Source: an uncultured Chromatiales bacterium
GTDB lineage: Bacteria; Pseudomonadota; Gammaproteobacteria; SZUA-140
Direction: 5' to 3'
Length of the DNA: 59,077 nt
Assembly: GCA_964388175.1 (NCBI GenBank)
Contig: CAYLYS010000002.1
Span: 33,424-92,500, forward strand
The position numbers were made by a program, and so were the translations under genes. Position 1 is the first letter of the stretch. Each line of letters opens with the position of its first letter. The notes beneath the pieces were generated by a model that saw only the letters and a list, made by a program, of their open reading frames with translations, was not told where the DNA came from and ran no database searches. This document shows positions 11,068 to 20,442 of this stretch, piece by piece.

Positions 11068-12378
11068 CTAAGTGCGGAGCTTGTCCACGCATGCGTAGAA
11101 AAAACCATCCATCCCATTTTCACCCGGAAGAATCTGGCGACCGCAGGACAATGCCCTGCCCCAGGCGGCGTCGATCGCGCGGGCGCGGGCATCCGGGCGC
11201 CGGGCGAGAAAATCCTCTATCTGGGCATTATTTTCCTGATGCATGATAGAGCAAGTGGCGTACAAGAGCATCCCGCCCGGCGCGAGCAGCGTCCACGCCG
11301 CATCCAGCAGCGCGCGCTGCTGGACGGCGAGTGCGGCGAGATCCTCCGGCCGGCGCAGGCGCTTGATGTCCGGATGCCGGCGTATTACACCGCTCGCCGA
11401 ACACGGCGCATCGAGCAGGATGCGATCAAACGGCACCCCGTCCCACCATGATTGCGGACAGGCGGCGTCGGCGCAGATCAGTCGCGCCTGCAGGCCGAGA
11501 CGGTCCAGCGTCTCGCGCACGCGCTGCAGCCGGCCCTCGTCTATATCGACCGCGCACAGATCGACATTCGCATTCAATTCCAGAATGTGGGCGCTCTTGC
11601 CGCCGGGCGCGGCGCACAGATCGAGCACACGCTGGCCGGCGGCGATGCCGAGCAGCGGCGCGGCAAGCTGCGCCGCGCCGTCCTGCACCGATACGCGCCC
11701 GGTGGCAAAACCCGGCAGGCGCATGACATCCACGGGCTCGTCCAGCAGCAGCGCATCGGCGCCGGCCGCAGCGGCGGCGGCGATGCCGGCAGCCTCCAGC
11801 TCGCGCAGATAATCGTCGCGCGTTCCCTGACGCCGGTTGACGCGCAGCCACATCGGCGCACGCTGGTTGTTCTCCTGCGCGATGCCGCGCCAGTCCGCGG
11901 GCCAGTCCGCACGGATGCGCTGCAACAGCCAGGCGGGATGCGCCAGCGCCGCCACTTCGTCTTCGTCGGCGCGGGCGAGCAGCGCATCGCGCTCGCGCTG
12001 GAAACGCCGCAGCACCGCATTCACCATGCCGCGCGCCCAAGGCTTGCGCAGCACCGCCGTCACCGCCACCGTCGCCGCCACCGCCGCGTGCTCCGGCACG
12101 CGCGTATGGATCATCTGGTACAAACCGATCAGGATCAGGCAGTGCACGTCGGCATCGCGCGGCGGCAGCGGCCGATGGACCAGCTCGCGTGCGACCGCTT
12201 CCAGGCGCGGCCACCAGCGCAGCACGCCATAACAGAGGTCCTGGGCGAAAGCGCGGTCGCGCGCCGCGGCGATGCCCGGCAGCGTTTCCGCACAGGCCGC
12301 GGTCAGCGAACGGCCACTGGAAAATACGGCGAGCAGAATCTGTACGGCGGCGTAACGGGGGTCGGTCGCACCGCTCAT
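11068..12378 (-). CDS. rsmB: 16S rRNA (cytosine967-C5)-methyltransferase
   Basis: 436 aa with an N-terminal NusB-like domain and a C-terminal m5C methyltransferase domain ([37 protein letters not shown]). It is in the fmt-rsmB operon. Confidence 0.9.
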   Translation of the reverse strand: MSGATDPRYAAVQILLAVFSSGRSLTAACAETLPGIAAARDRAFAQDLCYGVLRWWPRLEAVARELVHRPLPPRDADVHCLILIGLYQMIHTRVPEHAAVAATVAVTAVLRKPWARGMVNAVLRRFQRERDALLARADEDEVAALAHPAWLLQRIRADWPADWRGIAQENNQRAPMWLRVNRRQGTRDDYLRELEAAGIAAAAAAGADALLLDEPVDVMRLPGFATGRVSVQDGAAQLAAPLLGIAAGQRVLDLCAAPGGKSAHILELNANVDLCAVDIDEGRLQRVRETLDRLGLQARLICADAACPQSWWDGVPFDRILLDAPCSASGVIRRHPDIKRLRRPEDLAALAVQQRALLDAAWTLLAPGGMLLYATCSIMHQENNAQIEDFLARRPDARARAIDAAWGRALSCGRQILPGENGMDGFFYACVDKLRT

Positions 12379-13319
12379 GTCCGCGCACCGCCGCCGGGCG
12401 CGGCACGGGCGGCGTTGAGAAAATCGGCGACGGCGAGGGGGCGGCCGCCGGGACGCTGGATTTCGAGCAGGCGCAGCACGCCGTCACCGGTGGCGACGTC
12501 GATACCGTCGCGTCCCGCATCGAGCACCGTCCCCGGCGGCAGCGCGGCGCAATCGCCGGATATGACCCGTGCGCGCCAGACGCGCAGCGGCCCGTAGCCA
12601 TCCAGTTCGGCGTGGCTGACCGGCCAGGGATTGAACGCTCTCACCTTGCGTTCGAGCTGGGCAGCCGGCTGCCGCCAGTCGAGCGCAGCCTCGGCCTTGT
12701 CGATCTTTGCCGCGTAGGTGGCGAGCGCATCGTCCTGCGTCACCGCCGGCAGCGATCCGTCCACCAGTCCAGCGAGAGCGGCGCGCAGCGCCGTCGCGCC
12801 CAGTCCGGCGAGGCGGTCGTGCAGACTGCCGCCGGTATCATCGGGCGCGATGGGACAGGGCAGGCGATAGAGCATGGGGCCGGTATCGAGACCGGCCTCC
12901 ATCTGAATGATGGTGACGCCGCTTTCCGTGTCCCCGGCGAGCAGGGCGCGCTGGATCGGCGCCGCGCCGCGCCAGCGCGGCAGCAGGGAGGCGTGCACAT
13001 TGATACAGCCGAGGCGCGGAATCGCCAGTACCGCACGCGGCAGGATCAGCCCATAGGCGACCACCACCATGAGATCGGGCGCGTAAGCCGCGAGCGTGGA
13101 TTCCGTCGCCGGGTCGCGCAGCCGCTCGGGCTGATGCACCGGGAGGCCGTGCTCGCCGGCCAGCAGCTTCACCGGGCTCGGCCGCAACTGGCGTCCGCGA
13201 CCGGCGGGACGATCCGGCTGGGTGAAGACGGCGACGACCTCGCACGGCGCGGACAGCAGCGCCTGCAGGGATACGGCAGCGAACTCCGGCGTGCCGGCGA
13301 AAACGATGCGCATCGTCAC
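12375..13319 (-). CDS. fmt: Methionyl-tRNA formyltransferase
   Basis: 314 aa: [12 protein letters not shown]..., [20 protein letters not shown] (SLLP motif). It has 4-nt overlaps with def and rsmB. Confidence 0.92.
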   Translation of the reverse strand: MTMRIVFAGTPEFAAVSLQALLSAPCEVVAVFTQPDRPAGRGRQLRPSPVKLLAGEHGLPVHQPERLRDPATESTLAAYAPDLMVVVAYGLILPRAVLAIPRLGCINVHASLLPRWRGAAPIQRALLAGDTESGVTIIQMEAGLDTGPMLYRLPCPIAPDDTGGSLHDRLAGLGATALRAALAGLVDGSLPAVTQDDALATYAAKIDKAEAALDWRQPAAQLERKVRAFNPWPVSHAELDGYGPLRVWRARVISGDCAALPPGTVLDAGRDGIDVATGDGVLRLLEIQRPGGRPLAVADFLNAARAAPGGGART

Positions 13320-13819
13320 ATGCTGCGCAGACGCTGCTTTTCCAGCTTCTTGCGGATGCGTTGGCGTTTGAGTTCGGTGAGGTAGTCGACGAACAGCTTG
13401 CCGTCGAGGTGATCGATTTCATGCTGGATGCAGACCGCCATCAGACCCTCGGCCTCGGCTTCGATCGGCTGGCCGTCGCGATCGAGTGCCCGGTAGCGGA
13501 TCCAGGCCGAGCGCTGCACCGGTTCGCTGATGCCGGGCACGGAAAGACAGCCCTCATCCATGCTCTCAGTCCCGGACTGCTCCAGGATGACAGGGTTGAT
13601 CAGGCAATGCGGATCTTGACCGTCCTCAGAAACATCCAATACGATCAATCGCTTGGCAACGCCGACCTGGATCGCGGCAAGGCCGATGCCAGGCGCGTCG
13701 TACATGGTTTCCAGCATGTCGCCGGCCAGCTTGCGGATGGCGTCGTCGACATGGTCGACCGGCAGCGCGCGATTGCGCAAACGGGGATCGGGATAGTGCA
13801 GGATGTGAAGCAGTGCCAT
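13316..13819 (-). CDS. def: Peptide deformylase
   Basis: 167 aa with the three PDF motifs [15 protein letters not shown] and QHEIDHL. Confidence 0.93.
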   Translation of the reverse strand: MALLHILHYPDPRLRNRALPVDHVDDAIRKLAGDMLETMYDAPGIGLAAIQVGVAKRLIVLDVSEDGQDPHCLINPVILEQSGTESMDEGCLSVPGISEPVQRSAWIRYRALDRDGQPIEAEAEGLMAVCIQHEIDHLDGKLFVDYLTELKRQRIRKKLEKQRLRSM

Positions 13820-13942
13820 GGCTCGGTCCGGATCGTATCGGGTTATCTATAAATATCCGTCCACCGTCGCCGATAACAAGCGGGTATGCGGAAAAAAACC
13901 GCCGCCAAGGCGACTCACCCTGGGGATTCTAAGGCAAGTCCG

Positions 13943-15001
13943 ATGTCAAAAAAACCCTTTATCATTAAAGTATTACTTCTGATCACACTGGCCTTCGGCA
14001 GCGTCTCGCAGGCCGATACCGTCAGGCTCGCCCCCGATCATCCGGAGCGCTACGTCGTCATCAGGGGCGACACGCTGTGGGATATTTCCGCGCGCTTCCT
14101 GGAAGATCCGTGGATGTGGCCGGAAATCTGGCACATCAACCCCGAAATCGCCAATCCCCATCTGATTTATCCGGGCGACATCATACGCCTGGAATATGTC
14201 GACGGCAAACCGGTGCTGCGGCTGGAACGGCCGGGCATGGGCGATCTGCACACCGTCAAATTCTCGCCGACGGCGCGCATGACCGTCCTCGACTCCGCGA
14301 TCCCCACCATTCCGATGGACGCCATCGGACAGTTCCTGAAATATCCGCGCATCGTCACCGACGGCGAGCTGGAACGTAGTCCTTATATAGTAGCCAGCAG
14401 CGAGGACCGTCTGATCAGCGGCACCGGCAACAAGGTGTACGCGCGCGGCATCGGCGACGAAGGCATCGTCCGCTACAGCATCGTCCGCCAGGGGCAGGTC
14501 TACCGCAACCCGGACAATCGCCGCGACATTCTCGGCTACGAGGCGATCCATGTCGGCTATGCCACCGTTACCCGCAGCGGCGATCCGAGCACCCTGATCA
14601 TCGAGCAGGCCGAGCGCGAAGTGCTGGCCGGCGACCGCCTGCTGCCGCTGGGTGAGGATGAGATCAACCAGTATTTCCTGCCGCACGCCCCGGCGAAAGC
14701 CGTCGAAGGCAAGATCCTCTCGGTGCTCGACGGCCTGGCCCGCATCGGTCAATACCAGGTGATCGCCCTGAGCCAGGGCGCCGATGCCGGGCTCGAACCC
14801 GGCCATGTCCTCGCCATACACCAGACCGGCGAAGTGATCCGGGACAACTTCACCCAGCAGCGCGCGGCGCGCAAGGTCCAATTGCCGAACGAACGTACCG
14901 GCACCGTCATGCTGATCCGCGTCTTCGACCGCGTCAGCTACGCGCTGGTCATGGAAGCGGCGCGCGATCTGCGCGTGCTCGATACCTTCACCCAGCCCTG
15001 A
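13943..15001 (+). CDS. LysM peptidoglycan-binding domain protein (secreted)
   Basis: Track ORF 13886..15001, with start taken at MSKKPFIIKVLLLITLAFGSVSQA (signal peptide). The LysM motif is YVVIRGDTLWDISARFL...PGDIIRL. It holds the usual position between def and dprA. Confidence 0.8.
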   Translation: MSKKPFIIKVLLLITLAFGSVSQADTVRLAPDHPERYVVIRGDTLWDISARFLEDPWMWPEIWHINPEIANPHLIYPGDIIRLEYVDGKPVLRLERPGMGDLHTVKFSPTARMTVLDSAIPTIPMDAIGQFLKYPRIVTDGELERSPYIVASSEDRLISGTGNKVYARGIGDEGIVRYSIVRQGQVYRNPDNRRDILGYEAIHVGYATVTRSGDPSTLIIEQAEREVLAGDRLLPLGEDEINQYFLPHAPAKAVEGKILSVLDGLARIGQYQVIALSQGADAGLEPGHVLAIHQTGEVIRDNFTQQRAARKVQLPNERTGTVMLIRVFDRVSYALVMEAARDLRVLDTFTQP

Positions 15002-15046
15002 GCCCATACCGCCCGCTTCGCACGCACACGGAAACATAAGCATGTC

Positions 15047-16168
15047 ATGGACGACATCAAATACTGGCTGGCGCTGCCGCGCATCCCGGGCCTCGGCCCG
15101 GTGGTGTGCCGGCAACTGCTGAAGCACTACTCCGGACATCCCCGTCTGCTGTTCGCCGATGCCGCCGGCGCCTCACCGGCGCTGGCGGCAGGGCTTCCGC
15201 CCGCCCTGTTGCGCGCCCTGGCCGCACCCGACTGGCCGGCGGTCGAACGCGATCTCGCCTGGATGGAACAGCCGGATAACCATGTCCTGACGCTGTGCGA
15301 TCCGCGCTATCCGCCCCGGCTGAAGGAAATCCACGGCGCGCCGCCCGTGCTCTACGTGCGCGGCCGGGTGGAGGCGCTGCAGAAGCCCCAGATCGCCGTC
15401 GTCGGCAGCCGCAGCCCGAGCCCCGGCGGCCTCGATACCGCCGGCGACTTTGCCGCCGCGCTCGGCCGCAGCGGACTGACCATCACCAGCGGCCTCGCCC
15501 TCGGCATCGACGGCGCCGCCCATCGCGGCGCGCTGGCCGCGGCCGCCCCCACCATCGCGGTGGCCGGCACCGGACCGGATCTCGTCTATCCGGCGCGTCA
15601 CCGCGAACTGGCAGACGAAATCATGCGCACCGGTGCACTGGTCACCGAATTCGCGCCCGGCCATCCGCCCCTGCCGGCGTCGTTCCCGCGCCGCAACCGC
15701 ATCATCAGCGGTCTCAGCCTGGGCACGCTGGTGGTCGAGGCGGCGCCGGGCAGCGGTTCGCTGATCACCGCACGGATGGCGCTGGAACAGGGGCGCGAGG
15801 TTTTCGCCATCCCCGGCTCCATCCACAATCCCCGCTCCCGCGGCTGCCATGGCCTGATCCGCCAGGGCGCCAAACTGGTCGAACGCATCGAGGACATACT
15901 GGAGGAACTGGAGCCGCTGCTGTACCCGGCCGCCCATACGCCCGACACCCCGGCGAACGGACCATCGCCCCCGGCGCCGCGGCTGGACGACACCGCCGCA
16001 TACGTTCTCTCGCAAATCGATTACAGTGCCACCACCATCGATATCCTGAGCGGACGCACCGGTCTTTGCGCCGAACAGCTGCATCACATTCTGCTAGACT
16101 TGGAATTGGCGAATCACATTGTTTCAGCGCCCGGAAGCGCCTACGTGCGCCGCCAAACGGAGGTTTGA
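15047..16168 (+). CDS. dprA: DNA processing protein A (Smf)
   Basis: 373 aa with a Rossmann-like core: VVGSRSPSPGG, ITSGLALGIDGAAHRGAL, FPRRNRIISGLSLGTLVVEA. Confidence 0.88.
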   Translation: MDDIKYWLALPRIPGLGPVVCRQLLKHYSGHPRLLFADAAGASPALAAGLPPALLRALAAPDWPAVERDLAWMEQPDNHVLTLCDPRYPPRLKEIHGAPPVLYVRGRVEALQKPQIAVVGSRSPSPGGLDTAGDFAAALGRSGLTITSGLALGIDGAAHRGALAAAAPTIAVAGTGPDLVYPARHRELADEIMRTGALVTEFAPGHPPLPASFPRRNRIISGLSLGTLVVEAAPGSGSLITARMALEQGREVFAIPGSIHNPRSRGCHGLIRQGAKLVERIEDILEELEPLLYPAAHTPDTPANGPSPPAPRLDDTAAYVLSQIDYSATTIDILSGRTGLCAEQLHHILLDLELANHIVSAPGSAYVRRQTEV

Positions 16169-16175
16169 TCGCGAC

Positions 16176-16637
16176 ATGCTGGACGTACTGCTCTATCTGT
16201 TCGAACACTACATGGAGGAAGGGCGCGAAGTCCCCCATGACGAGTCCATACTGAAGACCATGCTCAAGGACGCGGGCTTTCCCCAGTCCGAAATCAACAA
16301 GGCCTTCATCTGGCTCGAGGATCTGGTGCGCCAGCGCGGTGCCGACGACGCTCTGACGACGCACGGCTCCTTCCGCGTCTTCTCGCGCCGGGAAATCGCC
16401 AAGCTGAGCAGCGAGTGCCGCGGCTACCTGATCCTGCTCGAACACAACGGACTCATCGGACCGCTCGAGCGCGAGCTGATCATTGAGCGCGCCATGGCGC
16501 TCGATCTGGACGAACTCGACCTCGACAAGCTCAAGCTCATCATCATGATGGTGCTCGCCAACCAGTCCAGCGACGAATACGCGCAGGACTGGATCGAAGC
16601 GCTGATCTTCGACAACAGCAACGGCAAACTGCACTGA
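16176..16637 (+). CDS. smg: Smg protein (DUF494)
   Basis: Track ORF 16119..16637, with start at MLDVLLYLFEHYM, typical of Smg. It is in dprA-smg-topA synteny. Confidence 0.85.
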   Translation: MLDVLLYLFEHYMEEGREVPHDESILKTMLKDAGFPQSEINKAFIWLEDLVRQRGADDALTTHGSFRVFSRREIAKLSSECRGYLILLEHNGLIGPLERELIIERAMALDLDELDLDKLKLIIMMVLANQSSDEYAQDWIEALIFDNSNGKLH

Positions 16638-17030
16638 GGCTGCGCCGCGAACACCGGCCCGCCACCCTCGCTTCGCCGTTAACGATTTGTCTCCCCTCGA
16701 ATAAGCAAACACACCGAACGCCTCGCGCCCAGCCGCCCGCCGCCCTGCGCCGGACTCCGTACCGCCCCCATACTGAATCCCTGGCTGAACCCCGGCTGAA
16801 CCCGGGCGGGCCGGCGGGGTCATAATCATCATGAAGGCGTGGCGGCGTCACGACGCGGGCGAACGCCCTTCAGCTTTCACCGCCGCTACCGAAACAGCTT
16901 TGACAAGCGCGGGATTAGACTTCAAGATAAGCCCGCTTCGTTCAAGCGGTCGTGAAAACTTCAGATATTCCGGGAACTTCTCCTGTCGATGGCGCGAGCG
17001 CCGCGACGCACCCGGAGCGATACGGAACCC

Positions 17031-19349
17031 ATGAGCAAGAATCTGGTCATCGTCGAATCACCGGCCAAAGCCAAGACACTCGGGAAATACCTGGGCAAGG
17101 ATTTCCACGTGCTGGCTTCCTATGGCCACGTGCGCGACCTGCTGCCGAAAGAAGGCGCAGTCGATCCCGCGCACGATTTCGCGATGAAGTATCAGCTCAT
17201 CGAAAAAAACCAGAAGCACATCGACCAGATCTGCAAGGCGATCAAGAATGCCGACGCGCTCTATCTCGCCACTGACCCGGATCGCGAAGGCGAAGCCATT
17301 TCCTGGCATCTGTACGAGATCCTCGCCGGCAAGAAGCTGATCAAGGACAAGCCCGTCCATCGCATCGTCTTTCACGAGATCACGCGCCAGGCGGTGCAGG
17401 AAGCGCTCAAGCATCCGCGCGACGTTTCCATGAATCTGGTCAACGCGCAGCAGGCGCGCCGTGCGCTCGATTACCTGGTCGGCTTCAATCTTTCCCCGCT
17501 GCTGTGGAAAAAGATCCGCCGCGGCCTGTCGGCCGGACGCGTGCAGAGTCCGGCGCTGCGCATGATCGTCGAGCGCGAGCTGGAAATCGAAGCGTTCAAG
17601 TCACGCGAATACTGGACCATCGAGGCAGCGGTCGCCAAGCAGGAAGAGCGCTTCCGCGCCCGCCTCACCGCCCACCAGGGCAAGAAGATCTCGCAGTTCA
17701 CCATCGGCGACGAGAAGCACGCGAAGACGGTCGAACGCGCCCTGCTCGACGCCGCGAACGGCAAGCTGACCGTCATCGCCGTCGAGAAGAAACAGCGCAA
17801 GCGCAATCCGGCGGCGCCGTTCATCACCTCGACCCTGCAGCAGGAAGCGGCGCGCAAGCTCGGCTTCACCGCGCAGCGCACCATGCGCACGGCGCAGCAG
17901 CTCTATGAAGGTATCGATACCGGACAGGGCGCGGTCGGCCTCATCAGCTACATGCGTACCGACTCGGTCAATCTGGCGCAGGAAGCGCTCGACGAAATCC
18001 GCCGCCTGATCGGCGAACGCTACGGCGCCGACAAGCTGCCGAAGCAGCCGCAGACCTACAAGACCAAGTCGAAGAACGCGCAGGAAGCGCACGAAGCGAT
18101 CCGTCCGACCTCGGCCTACACCGATCCGGATTCGGTCAAGGAACAGCTCAACGCCGATCAGTTCAAGCTCTACCGCCTGATCTGGCAGCGCACCATCGCC
18201 TGTCAGATGATCCACGCCACCATCGATACGGTCGGCGTCGACCTCGAAGGCGGCAAGGGCGACGTCTTCCGCGCCACCGGCTCGACCATCGTCGACCCCG
18301 GCTTCATGGCCGTGTACCGCGAGGATGTCGACGACAGCAAGGACGCGGACGAGCAGCAGAGCCTGCTGCCGGAACTGAACGAAGGCGAAGTGGTGGCGCT
18401 GGAAGCCATTCACACCGATCAGCACTTCACCGAGCCGCCGCCGCGCTACACGGAAGCCAGCCTGATCAAGACGCTCGAGGAACACGGCATCGGCCGTCCG
18501 TCGACCTACGCCGCAATCATCGCCACGCTGCAGCAGCGCGAGTATGTCACGCTCGACAAGAAACGCTTCCAGCCGACCGACGTCGGCCGCATCGTCAACA
18601 AGTTTCTCACCGAGCACTTCGCGCGCTACGTCGACTACGAATTCACCGCCCACCTCGAAGACAGCCTCGACGCGGTATCGCGCGGCGAGCAGGACTGGGT
18701 GCCGCTCATGCGCGCATTCTGGGAACCGTTCCGCGAGCTGGTGGACGACAAGGAAAAATCGGTCCAGCGCAAGGACGTGACCCAGGAAGCGCTCGACGAG
18801 GCCTGCCCCAAGTGCGGCAAGCCGCTGTCGATACGCCTCGGCCGGCGCGGGCGCTTCGTCGGCTGCACCGGCTTCCCCGAATGCGACTACACGCGCAATC
18901 TCGGCGACGCCGGCGACGAGCCCGCGGTGGAACAGGTCGAAGGGCGTGACTGCCCGAGTTGCGGCGGCGGCCTCATCGTCCGCAGCGGCCCCTACGGCAG
19001 ATTCATCGGCTGCAGCAACTATCCCAAGTGCAAATTCATCGAGCCGCTGGTCAAGCCGGCCGACACCGCGGTTTCCTGTCCGCAGTGCAACAAGGGCACC
19101 ATGCTCCAGCGCCGTTCACGCCGCGGCAAGATCTTCTATTCCTGTTCGACCTATCCCACCTGCGATTACGCGGTGTGGAACGAACCGGTGGCGACGCCGT
19201 GCCCGGAATGCCAGTGGCCGATACTCACCGTCAAGACCACCAAGCGCGGCGGCAGCGAGCTGGTCTGCCCGCAGAAGGAATGCGGTCACACCGAGCCCTA
19301 CGAACAGCCGGACGGCGGACAGGAGAACAAGAAGCAGGCGCACGGCTGA
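17031..19349 (+). CDS. topA: DNA topoisomerase I
   Basis: Start at MSKNLVIVESPAKAKT (Toprim). The active-site region is GLISYMRTDS, and there are several C-terminal CxxC zinc ribbons (CPKCGKP, CPSCGGG, CPQCNKG, CPECQWP). Confidence 0.93.
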   Translation: MSKNLVIVESPAKAKTLGKYLGKDFHVLASYGHVRDLLPKEGAVDPAHDFAMKYQLIEKNQKHIDQICKAIKNADALYLATDPDREGEAISWHLYEILAGKKLIKDKPVHRIVFHEITRQAVQEALKHPRDVSMNLVNAQQARRALDYLVGFNLSPLLWKKIRRGLSAGRVQSPALRMIVERELEIEAFKSREYWTIEAAVAKQEERFRARLTAHQGKKISQFTIGDEKHAKTVERALLDAANGKLTVIAVEKKQRKRNPAAPFITSTLQQEAARKLGFTAQRTMRTAQQLYEGIDTGQGAVGLISYMRTDSVNLAQEALDEIRRLIGERYGADKLPKQPQTYKTKSKNAQEAHEAIRPTSAYTDPDSVKEQLNADQFKLYRLIWQRTIACQMIHATIDTVGVDLEGGKGDVFRATGSTIVDPGFMAVYREDVDDSKDADEQQSLLPELNEGEVVALEAIHTDQHFTEPPPRYTEASLIKTLEEHGIGRPSTYAAIIATLQQREYVTLDKKRFQPTDVGRIVNKFLTEHFARYVDYEFTAHLEDSLDAVSRGEQDWVPLMRAFWEPFRELVDDKEKSVQRKDVTQEALDEACPKCGKPLSIRLGRRGRFVGCTGFPECDYTRNLGDAGDEPAVEQVEGRDCPSCGGGLIVRSGPYGRFIGCSNYPKCKFIEPLVKPADTAVSCPQCNKGTMLQRRSRRGKIFYSCSTYPTCDYAVWNEPVATPCPECQWPILTVKTTKRGGSELVCPQKECGHTEPYEQPDGGQENKKQAHG

Positions 19350-19368
19350 GCCACCGGTGCGGCCTCTG

Positions 19369-20289
19369 CTATACCGCCATCGCCCGATCCACGGTCTGCC
19401 GATCCAGTTGCGGCGCGAACATCTCGATGAAGGCATACATATAGCCGCGCAGCTGACTGCCGCGGCGCACGCCGAGGCGCGTGGTACAGGGCTCGAACAG
19501 ATGGCTGGCATCGAGCATGCGCAGATTGGTATCGCGCTCGGAATTGAAGGCCATGCTCGCCATCAGACCGATGCCGATGCCGATCTCCACGTAGGTCTTG
19601 ATCACATCCGAATCGATCGCCGAAAAGACCACGTTGGGGCGCAGACCGGCGCGCTCGAAAGCCTCGTTGATCTTGATGCGCCCGGCGAAGGAGAAATCGT
19701 AGGTGACGATCGGATACTCCGCGATCTTCTCCAGGGTCAGCGGCTGGTCGCGCAGGATCGGCAGGCCCGGCGGTGCGATGACGCAGTGGTTCCAGTCATA
19801 GCAGGGCATCATCACCAGGTCTTCGAACAGATCGATGCCCTCGGTGGCGATGGCGATGTCGGCGACGCCCGAGGCGGCGAGCTGCGCGATCTGCATCGGG
19901 TCGCCCTGGTGCAGGTGCAGGCGCACGTTCGGATAGCGCTCGACGAAGGTCTTGATCACCGGCGGCAGGGCATAGCGCGCCTGGGTGTGGGTAGTGGCGA
20001 TGGACAGGCTGCCGCCGACCTCGTCGGTATATTCGAAGCCGACCTGGCGAATGTGCTCCAGCTCGCGCAGGACACGCTCGGCCATGGCGAGCACGGCGCG
20101 CCCCGGCTGGGTAATGCCGACCAGACGTTTGCCGTTACGCTCGAAGATCTGGACCCTGAGCTCCTTTTCGAGCTGCCGGATCTGGTTGCTGATGCCCGGC
20201 TGGGCGGTGTTGAGCACCTGCGCGGCGGCGGAAATATTGAGCCCGCAGCGAGCGATTTCCCGGACGTAACGGAGCTGCTGAAAGTTCAT
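19369..20289 (-). CDS. cysB: LysR-family regulator, CysB/Cbl-like
   Basis: Start at MNFQQLRYVREIARCGLNISAAAQVLNTAQPGISNQIRQLE (CysB-type wHTH). It is divergent from a sulfite reductase gene. Confidence 0.8.
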   Translation of the reverse strand: MNFQQLRYVREIARCGLNISAAAQVLNTAQPGISNQIRQLEKELRVQIFERNGKRLVGITQPGRAVLAMAERVLRELEHIRQVGFEYTDEVGGSLSIATTHTQARYALPPVIKTFVERYPNVRLHLHQGDPMQIAQLAASGVADIAIATEGIDLFEDLVMMPCYDWNHCVIAPPGLPILRDQPLTLEKIAEYPIVTYDFSFAGRIKINEAFERAGLRPNVVFSAIDSDVIKTYVEIGIGIGLMASMAFNSERDTNLRMLDASHLFEPCTTRLGVRRGSQLRGYMYAFIEMFAPQLDRQTVDRAMAV

Positions 20290-20316
20290 ACTGCCCGGCC
20301 TCGATATACCCATTAA

Positions 20317-20330
20317 TTATATGCATATAA
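20317..20330. promoter_or_regulatory. Perfect 14-bp palindrome TTATATGCATATAA in the cysB/sulfite-reductase divergent promoter region
   Basis: Read directly. It lies in the only AT-rich stretch between two GC-rich genes. The LysR-type T-N11-A-like symmetry makes it a plausible CysB operator, but this is not demonstrated. Confidence 0.3.
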
Positions 20331-20442
20331 GATACCATTATTTTTTCTAATATAGAAACACTGCTATCATTACCGAGGCATGGTGTGCGCCCGCCCCGCG
20401 CGTGCGGCGCTCCATGATGGAAACCGGGGGAGAAACAAAGCA

